From positions 539,570-598,561 of the forward strand of contig MU006089.1 of assembly GCA_010093705.1 (NCBI GenBank): DNA of 58,992 nucleotides, written 5' to 3'. The DNA comes from Patellaria atrata CBS 101060 (Eukaryota). Positions 47,815 to 58,992 of this stretch are shown here, piece by piece. Every line of letters begins with the position of its first letter. Position 1 is the first letter of the stretch. The translations under genes were made by a program, and so were the position numbers. The notes beneath the pieces were generated by a model, which was not told the origin of the DNA, searched no databases, and was given only the letters and a program-made list of their open reading frames with translations.

Positions 47815-50618
47815 TTACGAGACACCGTAGACAGAGGCGGGAATACCCTGTCCAAACATGAATCGCGCAACCAATCGAGACGTATACTTCCCCTGCACGG
47901 CGGTTTCAATGCGGACATATTGGCGATTATATAGATAATTTTCTATCGGGTCATCAGTATCTAAACCTTTCTCAACTCAATGGTTTGTTTACCTTTCTCG
48001 TGAAAGAGCCCCTTCACATCCTTCAGGAACATCATCGCATTCGCACCAAGCTTCTTCGTCTCATCGGTATGGAATGGATTGATACCCTTATATTTCAAGC
48101 GGAAGAGCTCCGTAATGAAATGAAACTGCCCATCGATGCTCACATTAGCAACCTCGGCGAGATAATCTGCTTCTCTTTGCTGCAATTCGCCCTGCGCAGC
48201 TTTGGAGTCCATAATGATGTGGATCGTCTTCTGCGAGTCCTCGAGCGCCATACCTAGACCAAGAATCGCACAGAACGCTGAAGTCCAGCGTCGAGTGCTG
48301 CTGTTCTTCAAGACCTGCTGTAGTTGCTTGAGTAGATCATTCATCATTCTCTTATGCAGATGTGAAAACAGATATTTGAGTTGACGGTTAGCCATACGTG
48401 GCGAGCAAAATTTGGCATATGAACCTCGCTGATAAGTATCCAAGCTACTCAGCACATCTTCTTTTTGGTCTTCAGGAATTGTGAGCGTATGACCCATAAT
48501 ATATGTTACGACAATAACACGCATTATCGAGCGGAATAACTTTTTCTGCACATGCGTTAGCTACAGTACTAAGTAATTAATTCGCACGAGAACACTTACG
48601 TCGTCAGCTTCGGTGAGCTTAAATCTCAGGTTACTGATTAATTTTAGAAGACGCTCAGAGAAATCATTATCTTCCTCGCCATAGAAAAGTTCGATGAACT
48701 GATCGGGATACTTATCAGCGATAGTGTCAATATACGTCTCATACTGTCTTAGGTTATGAGCGTTGAGTTGCTGCATCCCAAGAGGGGGTGACTTCTTTAT
48801 CTCTCGGGTACACTCTCCAGTATCAGGATTGTTTTTGTACTGAAATTGACGAAGTAACTCCCCAGTGCTGGGATGGAACTCGTAGGTCTCGCATGTGAGA
48901 GGCGGTAAGCCTTGGCCAGGTACCAAGGCGAGTTGAACGTGGTTCCCGGTCCAGCGCCTGATGTGCTTGTCTCCAAATTGCCTCAGTACCTTTTCGTCAT
49001 GGATACCGACCATCAATTCTATCGCAATTGAAGCTTAGCTCAATAGTAGCAACAAGTTGGGATTGGAGAACAGACCAGGCATAAAGTATTCGATCAATTC
49101 AAACAAGCGTGTACGGTTACAGCCAAATTGATGATCGCTTGGAACACCGCGATAATTCTTTTTTGAACATCGATCGCACTTATCGCCAGGAGTACACTAA
49201 CATTTTGTCAAACCAAGTTCGATCCAAAAAGAATAATCCAAAAGATGCATTGGTGGAACCAGACAGAACATACTTCATCTCTTTGAAAGCAGCAAGTCCA
49301 ACAAGAGCCTTCTTTACGCATGAGTTTTGTCTTTTCTGCTTTTTCCGGCAACAAATGGGTGCCTTTACGTCGTCCACCGGCCGGACCAGGTTTTGATGTT
49401 CCCTCTTCCCTTACATGTGGAAGATTCAACGTTGTTTGAAGTCCGGAAGACTGTTGGCCAATTACCGTATATCTCGACGTCAGGAACTTTCCTGAATCAT
49501 CGTCCGTCATATGTTTCCTCTTGTTAGCATGAACCTGGGATGCTTGTACTTGCGGCTGCGGGTGTTTGTCATTTTCTACGAATACATATCTCTGGGTAGG
49601 AGAACCGGAAGATTGTGAAGAGTTGTCATAAGCGGCCGGAGAAAAAGCGTTATGCATAGTTGCTGAATGTGAGGACGTATTATGATGTATCGGAATATTT
49701 ACTTCGTTGTTGTTGAAATCGGCAAATGTATGGGCCATATTGTCAAGGAATGGTGGATCACGAGGCGATGCTGAACCAGAAAATGCTCTTCCACTTGATT
49801 CAGGATGGCTACCGACCGATGAGTGACGGACCATAGAAGATCCTCCCGGTGAAGATTGTGGTGTGAAACAACCAGAAACTTCGACAGCGGGAAGCATAGG
49901 GAGAGGTGATGCTCCAGAGATATCCGAGGTTGCTTCAACGGATTCAAAAGCACTTGGTCGTCGATCCTCTGGACTACGATGTGGTCCTACGGAAGTCCAG
50001 GGATCATGCCGCGGTGATGCTGTTGCAAAGCTGTCAATATAAGGGGGAGGCGTTACATGGAGAATACGACCAATTTGATGAGTTTGATCTTGATGCGGTA
50101 CTAATTGCCAAGATGATCTAGGCGTCGCATTCGAATTCACTGACAGTCCTAGTGATCGTTATTTAGGGGCATCACAACAATTTCTGGGACATACCTTGAG
50201 CGGACTCGTGCAAGCCAGAGGCATCGTTGATCATACTACCCATTCGACTGTTCAAGATGCTACTTTGCATATCATTTCCATTTTGACTGAGATTGAGCCA
50301 TCCCTCGGACACAGACATAGCTAAGTTTGGGTCATGATAGGTCGCCTGTGATGGCTCATGTGTATAGGAGAGAGAGGTCGAGTCGGGTGACTCGGGCAGT
50401 TGATCATTTCCACTATCATTATTTTCGAAGTACTCGGGTAGTTCGAAATCGAAAGAGTTATCGATTAAGTGTTCGTTGTTGAAGAGTGGTTGGGTGAATA
50501 CGTTCTGGGACGGTGGATAAGTCACCTGTTGTGGTGTATGACCCGCGACGAGTCTTCGCGGAACGGATTGATGGTTATTGTATCCTCTTTGTTCTAAGGA
50601 CCCATAGTAGTAAGTCAT
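47815..50618 (-). CDS. Fungal transcription factor with an atypical, centrally located Zn(II)2Cys6 cluster
   Basis: Six exons (~50618-50195, 50148-49274, 49196-49076, 49018-48600, 48546-47993, 47942-47815). Spliced GGRRKG...KTKLMRKEGSCWTCCFQRDECTPGDKCDRCSKKNYRGVPSDHQFGCNR. C-terminal PRMANRQLKY and YTSRLVARF. Confidence 0.8.
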
Positions 50619-52541
50619 CTCAATGGACTCTCTTGAGTACTGTGCTGGGTAGAGGGTAAATATCTCGTCTGCCCGGTTGCCTTGTTTCACCCTCGAGGTC
50701 GGTTTTTTGCCTAGAAGGCTGAACAGAGAATCAGCTACATATATATCTCGTCGAAGTTACTGAGTAAATAATGCAACAGAAGATCGAAAAATAACAACGC
50801 GTTTCAAGATTCAGATAATTAAACAATTATTTAACATTAAGGATAGGTGAGTGAATGGTAAAGGCTATCGAAGTAAGGTAGATGAAGAGTATGGGACCAG
50901 CTGGTTTTCATTTGTTCAGCCCTCGGAAGGCTCATCAACGCGTTGAAGCTATTCTTCACCGGAAATCTGACGAAGTCCCGTGTGTTGCACAGGACAAAAC
51001 TGCGCGATCCAAATTGCAGAACACGCAAGGTTGATTCGCAAGGTGGGGTGTTTAGTTTTACGTAGGTACGGAAGATCTGGGACTCGCTAGAGCTTCACCG
51101 CAACTCTACCTGCGAGTATTAAGAAGGTAAGCTATGCTATTCCCTTATAGTACCCTAGATTTACGTCTTCTTTCAATCACTATATAACATTGCTTCTCCT
51201 GCACACTAAAAGTATCGCTCAGTCCTTCCCCTAACCCACGAATGTGTTCTGATGAGTTGTGACAAGTATACAATCTGGTCCAGCTGAATAGTTCTATCTC
51301 GCTTATCCTAGCAGGGCGATTCAGCCTGCAGGAAGTGGAGCACCACAAAGAGCGAATGAAAACCCGTTCGCAAAACTCCATTTTGAGCACAGCGTGGGAG
51401 AGGTTTTCCTATCACAGCTGATTGCTGGTGGAAGCGCCGGGTTCGTAGACAAGTTACATCCCTTTTTGACCGGCCGTCCAGTTTCGGAATCGTACAGAAA
51501 TCTAAATCTTTTTAACTCCCGAAGGTGGCTGCAAATAAAAGAGCTGCTTGCTCCAGGCTGGAGATTGAGTATGAGTCGCTGCATCTGTCCTCTGCGATGA
51601 ATCAACGACTTGATTTTCAATGTACCAATGGAATAAACACACAACTGCGATGACTGGAATCGGAAAGACGTAGAATCGGAAAACTGCTGGAGTTTCAAAT
51701 GTCAACGAGGATTGAAACATAGCAATGACTGTACAGCGCAACAGTAAAGGCAAAGCCCATGTAAGGACTTGAAATAGAGCTAGGAAATGCGTCTCAACTT
51801 GACCGGTATTCCGGTACCTTATTAGTTCTATGCTGGAGATGCCGAAAACAAAACAATACGACATGATAAGATACCGGTAGAGAAATTGAAAGGCCTACTC
51901 CTCGACTTCTCCTCGTCGCCCCATTATCGATATATCGTTGTTTCCGGCAAGTTTGCAATGCAGAGGGGAGAGTATCGACGTGGCAGCCGTCAAACTGAAG
52001 CCATACGGTGATTGGAGCCGAAATCCCCCGAACTCTGTAAATATGTACTTTTTAAACGTAAAGGATGGGGGCGAAGAATTGTGTTTGATTTTCAAACAAA
52101 ACTGGAAATTATTTGTAGCAAACAGGATGCTGATGACAAAGCTGAAGCTTTTTTGAGGAATGGAAGTGGAGGACAGAGGGAGATCACGTGCCGAGCGTTG
52201 TTCTTTTGCCGAGTACCGCCGTTCTTGCATTTTCTTGGGCCTGCTCGGTAACGTCATCAGCACCTATCGCAGGAGCAAACGACCCCTTGGACCCTTACAT
52301 GTCTCAGGAATTTCAAGGAATAATCGTTCTTATGTCGTGAGGGGAACGGAATTCGTGTACAATACATAATCATACATTAGCTCTAAGGTAGAAAATAGCG
52401 TCAATTGATCGAGCCTCAACCTCTACTCTCCAATATCCGTTCATCCTCCTCGCTACCCTCGCTTTTCTCTCGCGATTGAGTGCTATTAGCTCACCTTCTA
52501 TAGCAGGATACCTATAAGAAAACTAAACTCCTCCACTCAAT

Positions 52542-55500
52542 ATGTCTGGCAGAGATGACGCAGACGCTCCTCGACGTAACTACAAAGCCCCATATACTCC
52601 CCATCATCCCATTCCCACAATATCCAAGTACCGCGAGGAAAAGGAACAACGTAAAGTCGATACCTCTGCTGGTGACGCATCATTCGGAGAAGAGCATGAC
52701 CCAAGTAGGACACACTCATCACCTAAGGATACATGGAAACAGATAAGGCATGGTGAAAAGCCCTCGTCAGGAGGGCCAGAGTCGCAACCGTATTCAAGCA
52801 CGAACAAAAACATTGGCAATGAGACCCCAGAAAACGGGAGGGACGATGAAGAGCAGTTACAGAAGGAAGAGCCAGATGAGTCAAGGGTTAGTGACAATGA
52901 CGACGACGATAGTAATATCGCAGAGGACACATCCCAGGTCAATGTTAGCGGTGGTGACCCTAAGCAACAGAGAAAGCAGATGAAAAAGAAACGTGCGGAT
53001 CATGCAGAACGTGAGGTTACTGATCCAGTTACCCACCTTCCCGTTCAAATCCACGATTTCACAGATAAGGACCTCAAGAGTGCTCCTGAGAACGATCCAC
53101 CTTCGGGGACTCAGCCCCAGACGGCTAGTGGTCAACGAGCCAAGGGAAAAGATGAGGAACAGATTGAGAGGGAAAGGGGAGAAGGTCAAGAAACTCACTC
53201 TGGGATGGAAGTGCTATTCCCACCGCCCGAATACAGTTCCGCTAGAGAAGAGCTTGCCTCAATATACAAAAAGGCGCTTACGTTTGGTTTGACCGCTATC
53301 TTAGGTGTACTTGCACTAATCATTCTACTCGCGAAAATTACTGCAACAGAACTAACTTTAACCTTTACACTTATGCTTCTCGCAGGGACAGGGTTTGGCG
53401 GTGGGTTGATTTGGGCCACGCAAGGCTGGGTGGAGAAAAAGGCCGGTGAAATCTGGGATGTAGGAGTCTGGCAAGCGGAGAAAGAGCAAGGCAAGAAGAA
53501 AGCAGATTCTAGAGTCGCTGAATCCACCCAATGGCTAAACTCCCTCATGGGCGCAATCTGGCCGTTGGTGAATCCAGACCTCTTCATAAGCGTTGCAGAC
53601 ATGTTAGAGGTACTGCTTTTTCCTCTACAGGTTAAATCAATTTATACTAACAAAAATGTACAGGATGTCATGCAGGCAAGTTTACCGAAGATGATTCGTA
53701 TGGTTAGTGTCGAAGATATCGGTCAAGGGAGTGAGTCTCTAAGGATCTTGGGCGTCCGTTGGCTTCCTACTGGAGCTGCTGCACAATCAGTGTCCGAGGA
53801 TGGAAAATTGAAATCCGGCAAAGACTCTAAGCAACAAAGCGATCGAACAGTACCCAACCAAGGAGAGGTCCAGAAAGAAAAGGATGAAAGTGTGGAAGGG
53901 GATGACGAAGGCCAAAGCGTTGCGGAAGGTATGGAGGCAGAGGAGGGTGACTTTGTGAATGTAGAAATCGCATTTGCGTACAAAGCTAGTTCTCGAGGCA
54001 AGACTTTGAAGACCAGGTCGAAAAATGCGCACCTCTTCCTCGCTTTTTATCTCCCGGCTAATGTCAAACTTCGTAAGTAATCATCTGTTTGACTCCTACA
54101 ATATTATGAACACTCTAACCTGCGGTAGCCGTCTGGGTTGAGCTCCGCGGAATCATAGGGACTATTCGACTTAGGCTCCAGTTAACTCCAGACCCGCCGT
54201 TCTTTTCTTTATGTACGCTCACTTTCTTGGGACAACCGAAAGTTGATCTGGCATGCGTACCTCTCACACAAAAGGGTTTGAATATCATGGATCTTCCACT
54301 TATTTCCAACTTTGTTCAAAGCTCTGTCGATGCCGCAATGGCAGAGTACGTAGCTCCTAAGAGCTTAACTCTTGACCTCAAGGATATGCTGGTGGGCGAG
54401 GACTTTAAGAAGGATACCTTGGCTCGAGGCGTCCTCGTTGTCCATATTAAACATGCCTATGATTTTAAAGAAGGAGACGCGGGATTCTTATTGAAGAAGG
54501 GTTCCGCTGACCCCTATGTCTCCGTTGGTTGGGCAAAGTTTGGCAAACCAGTGTGGTCAACCCGTGTGATCCAAGGTCAAATGAACCCGTCCTGGGAAGA
54601 AACTGCATTCATACTTGTTACACCGAATGAACTGAATGTTGATGAAAGACTTCGAGTACAAATTTGGGATTCTGACAGAACATCCGCTGACGATGATCTG
54701 GGCCGCATTGAAATAGACCTGAAGCAAATTATGCGAGATTCAAATTCCAACGGAAAGATGTGGGATCGTGAGGATGGATTCAAAGCGTTACAAGCTGGCG
54801 AAGGGATGCCCGGAAAATTAGAGTGGAGCGTTGGATACTTTTCTAAGAAACGAATCTTGGATTCACAACTAGCAGAACAGACAGAGGATCCAGATGTCAA
54901 GAATGAAGAGCAACTAAGGCAAAAAGTGTATCAAGAAAGTGAGCATAAATTGAGAGAGGCTATGAAAGACGAGAATGCGGACGAGGAAATTGAACAACAG
55001 AAGAAGCAGGATTTCAAAGTAGGAATACCCTATATTTCCATTGGTATTAGTGCACATCTAACAGAACGGATCAGGCTCGACAAGATGAATTGGTCATCAC
55101 ATCGCGTCCACCTGACGACTTTCCCAGTGGTATTCTCTCTATTCAAATCCACCAAATCACTGGCCTTGAGCTCGAAGCAATTAATAAGAACAAAGAGAAG
55201 GGCAAGGAGAACGCAAGTGACGAGGAAGAAGAGGGCAATGATCTTCCATCAGCTTACTGCGATATCATTCTTAACCACCAGAAAATCTTTAAGACTAGAA
55301 CAAAACCTAAGAACTCTAAACCTTTCGTATGTGTCTCTTTTATTCCCTATCACTCTCAAAATGCATAGTGCTAATTCATCTTTTAGTTCAACGCTGGCTG
55401 CGAACGCGTGATCAAAGACTGGCGTACCGCCGAAATCATGATCTCTGTCCGTGACTCTCGTATTCATGAGAATGACCCCCTCCTAGGAATCGTAGTCCTC

Positions 55501-56487
55501 CCACTCCGCAAACTTTTCTCCCACCGTGCTCAGGTAAATGGTTTCTTTCCCCTTGCAGGCGGTATTGGCTATGGTCGTATACGTATCTCTATGGTTTTCC
55601 GTTCCATCCAGCTACAAGCTCCCCGAAACTTGCTCGGTTGGTCGTACGGAACGCTTGAGATTCAACCTGAGATTAAGAGCAAAGATCTACCGTCCGACTT
55701 ACTTAACTTACGCATGAAAGCGTGGACTTCACTCGGGAAAGGAAGATTCAATGGGGATAAACAGGGTACTTGGACAGCAAAGAAGGACAGGAGCGTCAAA
55801 CTAGCAGTTCGAAAGCGCTACTCGAGTCCTTTAGTTATAGAGCTTAGGCGAGACTCAGCCCTAAAAGACAGCACGCCTGCCTTCGCCGTTCTCTGGCTCA
55901 AAGACGTCGTAGACGAGGAAGAAATGACTTTGACCCTACCAGTGTGGAAAGGCGACATCAAACGCGCGAGTGCATGCGCTCTAGAAAATATGGGTGAGAA
56001 GATCGGCACCATCGAACTCAAGCTTCGCTTCTGGAGCGGCTTATCCGGATACCACCACAAGCTCGCGAGCAAAGATAAACACATCGCGGACGTGATGGAA
56101 GTGCTAGACACGGCAAACGACAACGACGACGTCGATTGGGATGTTGGCGAGGGCGAGGGTGACAGGAACGACAGCTCCAGCAGCAGCGATAGCGAGGATA
56201 GCAGCGATGATGGACGCGATGGGGAGTTGACGCCCACGACTACGAGGAGCGAGGCTAGCAGTTCCGATCGTGAGCTTGCGGAGAGCGGGAAGAGGGGCCC
56301 CATCGATCAGATTAAGGAGTATAAGAATCATAGGAAGCAGTTGCATCGGAGGAATAGGGGGTTGATGCAGTGGAAGGGTCCGAGGACTGTGAATTGGATG
56401 AAGGAGAAGATGGATAGGGCCAATCAGTCTGTTACTGGGTTGTTCCATCATCATGAGCGAGACCCGGGAATTGAGACTGAGGTTTAA
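52542..56487 (+). CDS. Mug190-like membrane protein with SMP and C2 domains (tricalbin/extended-synaptotagmin related)
   Basis: Exons 52542-53609, 53664-54072, 54129-55018, 55075-55326, 55387-56487. HHPIPTI, EVTDPVTHLPVQIHDF, two TM helices, SMP (ESTQWLNSL..IWPLVNPDLF, RLRLQLTPDPPF), C2 (SADPYVSV, QIWDSDRTSADDDLG), C-terminal QLHRRNRGLMQWKGPRT. Confidence 0.88.
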
Positions 56488-57436
56488 GGTGGATTGTTGG
56501 AGGGGTTGTATGTTTTTTGGGTTGTCATGATTGTCCTACGATAGTATGGGATGGCGGCGAAGCAAAAGTGTTTCCTGAAAATTGGGTGGGAGTGGTCATC
56601 TTGGAGTTAGTTGGGAGGGGAAAACAGACTGCAATGGACTTCTCGTGTTGATATCGAAGCATGGAAACTTATTCACTTGATATTGCTTCGGTCGTTCAAG
56701 GTGGAGATAATTTATATTCCAATTTGAACTACCTTGGGAGATGTTGCCCGACTATACAGCACAAGTACAGTACGCTGTATCTTATCACCAACTCCGCCCT
56801 CTCACTGTACGCCCGGCTCTACACTTGCTGTACAGTACACTCGCCCGCGGATTCCCATGGTGAAGTATCGATATCTATTCGAAATCTTCCGGATACAGTC
56901 GATGGCAAAGAGCATTCGAAGACAACTGTACTACTGTACAGAAAATAGAAGCGCCCCCCACTTAAAGGAACGGATACATCACATCACATACAAGCCCTCT
57001 TTACCAGGTATATCAAGGGGAAAGAGGCACCCTTATAGGGTCCACAACGCTCCCGTTTCCGTTTCCGCATCAAATAGATCAAACGTGTGCTGCTGAACTT
57101 AACACCTCAGGATCTAAGTGCCTTAAAAATCCATTAACCACCCCCTAACACTCCCCCCCCCTTCCCCCCCTTTTCCAACCCCGGGTCCCCCTCTTTCTTT
57201 TTGACAGAATGTCTATCTTGAGGAATCCCGCATTCAAGTTACTGGACCTTACTTTACAATACAGTACCATTTCTGCTTAGAATGTCTCAAGTTCCCTTGA
57301 GACGATATTCTCGGACCGATTGCTGGGAACGGCGATAGGCGATAAGGGATCGGGTCGGCGTTGTGTACTTGTACCTTTACCTTTACCTTAGGACAACGGC
57401 CACGAGTTAGGATGGGGATAAAGGTGTGTGGTTAGC

Positions 57437-57559
57437 GTATGTATGTATGTATGTATGTACGTATGTATGTATGAATGTATGTATGTATGTATGTATGTAT
57501 GTATGTATGTATGTATGTATGTATGTATGTATGTATGTATGTATGTATGTATGTATGTA
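57437..57559 (+). repeat. (GTAT)n microsatellite, ~30 units
   Basis: Near-perfect tetranucleotide array with two interruptions. Confidence 0.97.
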
Positions 57560-57652
57560 GCTATGTACTTTGCCACAGTAGAGTAGTTAGAGCGTTTTAC
57601 TAGAAACTTAGGGCGGATTCCATCTCTGGGGAGAGACCGTTTGTTTGTTGTT

Positions 57653-57675
57653 GTACTGTACTGTACTGTACTGTA
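57653..57675 (+). repeat. (GTACT)n short microsatellite
   Basis: GTACTGTACTGTACTGTACTGTA, preceded by (TTG)n. Confidence 0.85.
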
Positions 57676-58930
57676 AAGCAGGGTTAGTATTTTTCTCCAA
57701 TGCTTTTGCCGCCCAGCGGACGGGCCGGATCTGAGATGGAACCGAAAGGATAGACGGGTTCGAAGACAATGCGTCCGTCGTCAATTTAATGTGCTGACCG
57801 GTTTGCCTCGTGGAGACTGGGTGTTTCGCAGGAAGCATTTTGGTTCCATTGCTGCGAACTGAAATCTCCGTGGTGGGTTACGGAGTATGGTGTTCTGTGT
57901 TCTGCGTTAATAGTTCTATGTTTTGGGTTGGTCGGTATAATTGGCCTAGGCTTATCGGCTAGATTTTTGATAAATCACTAGGGGTGCTTGGGGTCTATGA
58001 TGCATTGATGTTGCAACATGCTCGGGTTGGATATATCACTCCATACGTACGTAGAGCCTCCGAGTAAAGTCAAGGTAGTTGGGGTACATATGACTTGGTT
58101 GCGCCCTTGCGCAAGGTTGGGAAGCCCAGGCAGCAACATCTTTGCGTTCACCGGTTGGCCTTGCTTTCTGACTACTGCATGCGGCGCTCAAAGAGGTTGC
58201 AATATCGATGCCCAAGGGAATAAAAGGATCTCGATAGTGCGAATGTCAACGTAAACCACGAAAAGGAACAGAAATGGGATGATAGGGGCCCCCCTTGAAT
58301 GGTACTGGGGGCCCAAAGGTGAGGATGCCAGCTTTAATATCAACATGATAGAAAATCAATCCTGACAAGAAGCTAAATAGAAAGATTTTGTCCCTCTACA
58401 AAACACCGATATTTCGAAGCGAGTTTTCTTGTGTTCCCCCCTGGCTTTTTCTCGTTTGACACGAGGCACCCGCTGGCTAAATTTGCGTTTCACGCTTTGG
58501 GGGTTTTCGTGTTCTTCTTCAGCCCTGCGAATCTTTTGAGTCACACACCAGATTGAAGCCGCAGATTCGAACTAAACCTCAACGAGGACAGTCGGAGAGT
58601 TTGTCGAGCCGCGTAGACAACGAATTGGCGAAATACAACTCGACTTACCGTACTCGAGAGCTTTACAATGATGCAAGTGGTATGGAGAGGAGACCATCTG
58701 ACCGCTTCTTGAGTGAAATATATTCGAGAACAGTATTCACAGCTCTCCCCTTACGGGATATATCGGGGCGCGGTTGTAGAGCCAAAGAGGTGGTGGCTAT
58801 TTACGAGGTAGTACCGTATCCTCGTACAGTACCCGAGACTGTGTCTAATGTCTCTTATGACGGTTGACAGTGCAGATAAAAAACGTGTATACTGACTTTC
58901 TCTCGGCTATTATTTTGCCTCCCGATGGTA

Positions 58931-58992
58931 AAGTGCAAGTGAAGCGCAAGTGCAAGTGAAGCGCAAGTGCAAGTGAAGCGCAAGTGCAAGTG
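58931..58992 (+). repeat. 17-bp minisatellite (AAGTGCAAGTGAAGCGC)n, truncated by the window end
   Basis: Three perfect copies plus an 11-bp partial copy at the edge. Confidence 0.92.

Noticed and set aside
58931..58992. CRISPR-like array (also considered for 42317-42463)
   Set aside because: Eukaryotic context, no unique spacers and no cas genes.

Overview
Eukaryotic DNA from a filamentous ascomycete (Pezizomycotina; the gene set and style are compatible with a Dothideomycete, which is inference). The window is gene-dense and euchromatic, with short GT-AG introns carrying CTRAY branch sites and one 100-N assembly gap. Conserved genes, in order: an M19 membrane dipeptidase (truncated by the window edge), ILM1, an ERG26-like 3-beta-HSD, NAT9, RPT4, enolase, a GPI-type cell-wall protein, a HAM-8-like MARVEL protein, NF-X1/FAP1, a BIG1/VOA1-like protein, an F-box-like protein, an M1 aminopeptidase, BEM3 RhoGAP, an AVT3/4 transporter, tRNA-Pro(CGG), DPH4, an atypical Zn2Cys6 factor and a Mug190-like SMP/C2 protein. 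There is also a nitronate monooxygenase pseudogene and several orphan ORFs. No intact transposon, CRISPR array or secondary-metabolite cluster was seen. The most notable signals are: (i) a dense cluster of GGCGCTT motifs (PRO1/ADV-1-like) upstream of the HAM-8-like gene; (ii) recurrent strand-symmetric C/A-to-G/T skew switches that override codon usage; (iii) GTAC-saturated intergenic patches; (iv) a cryptic mitochondrial presequence on the aminopeptidase. Exon coordinates were read by eye and may be off by a few bases.
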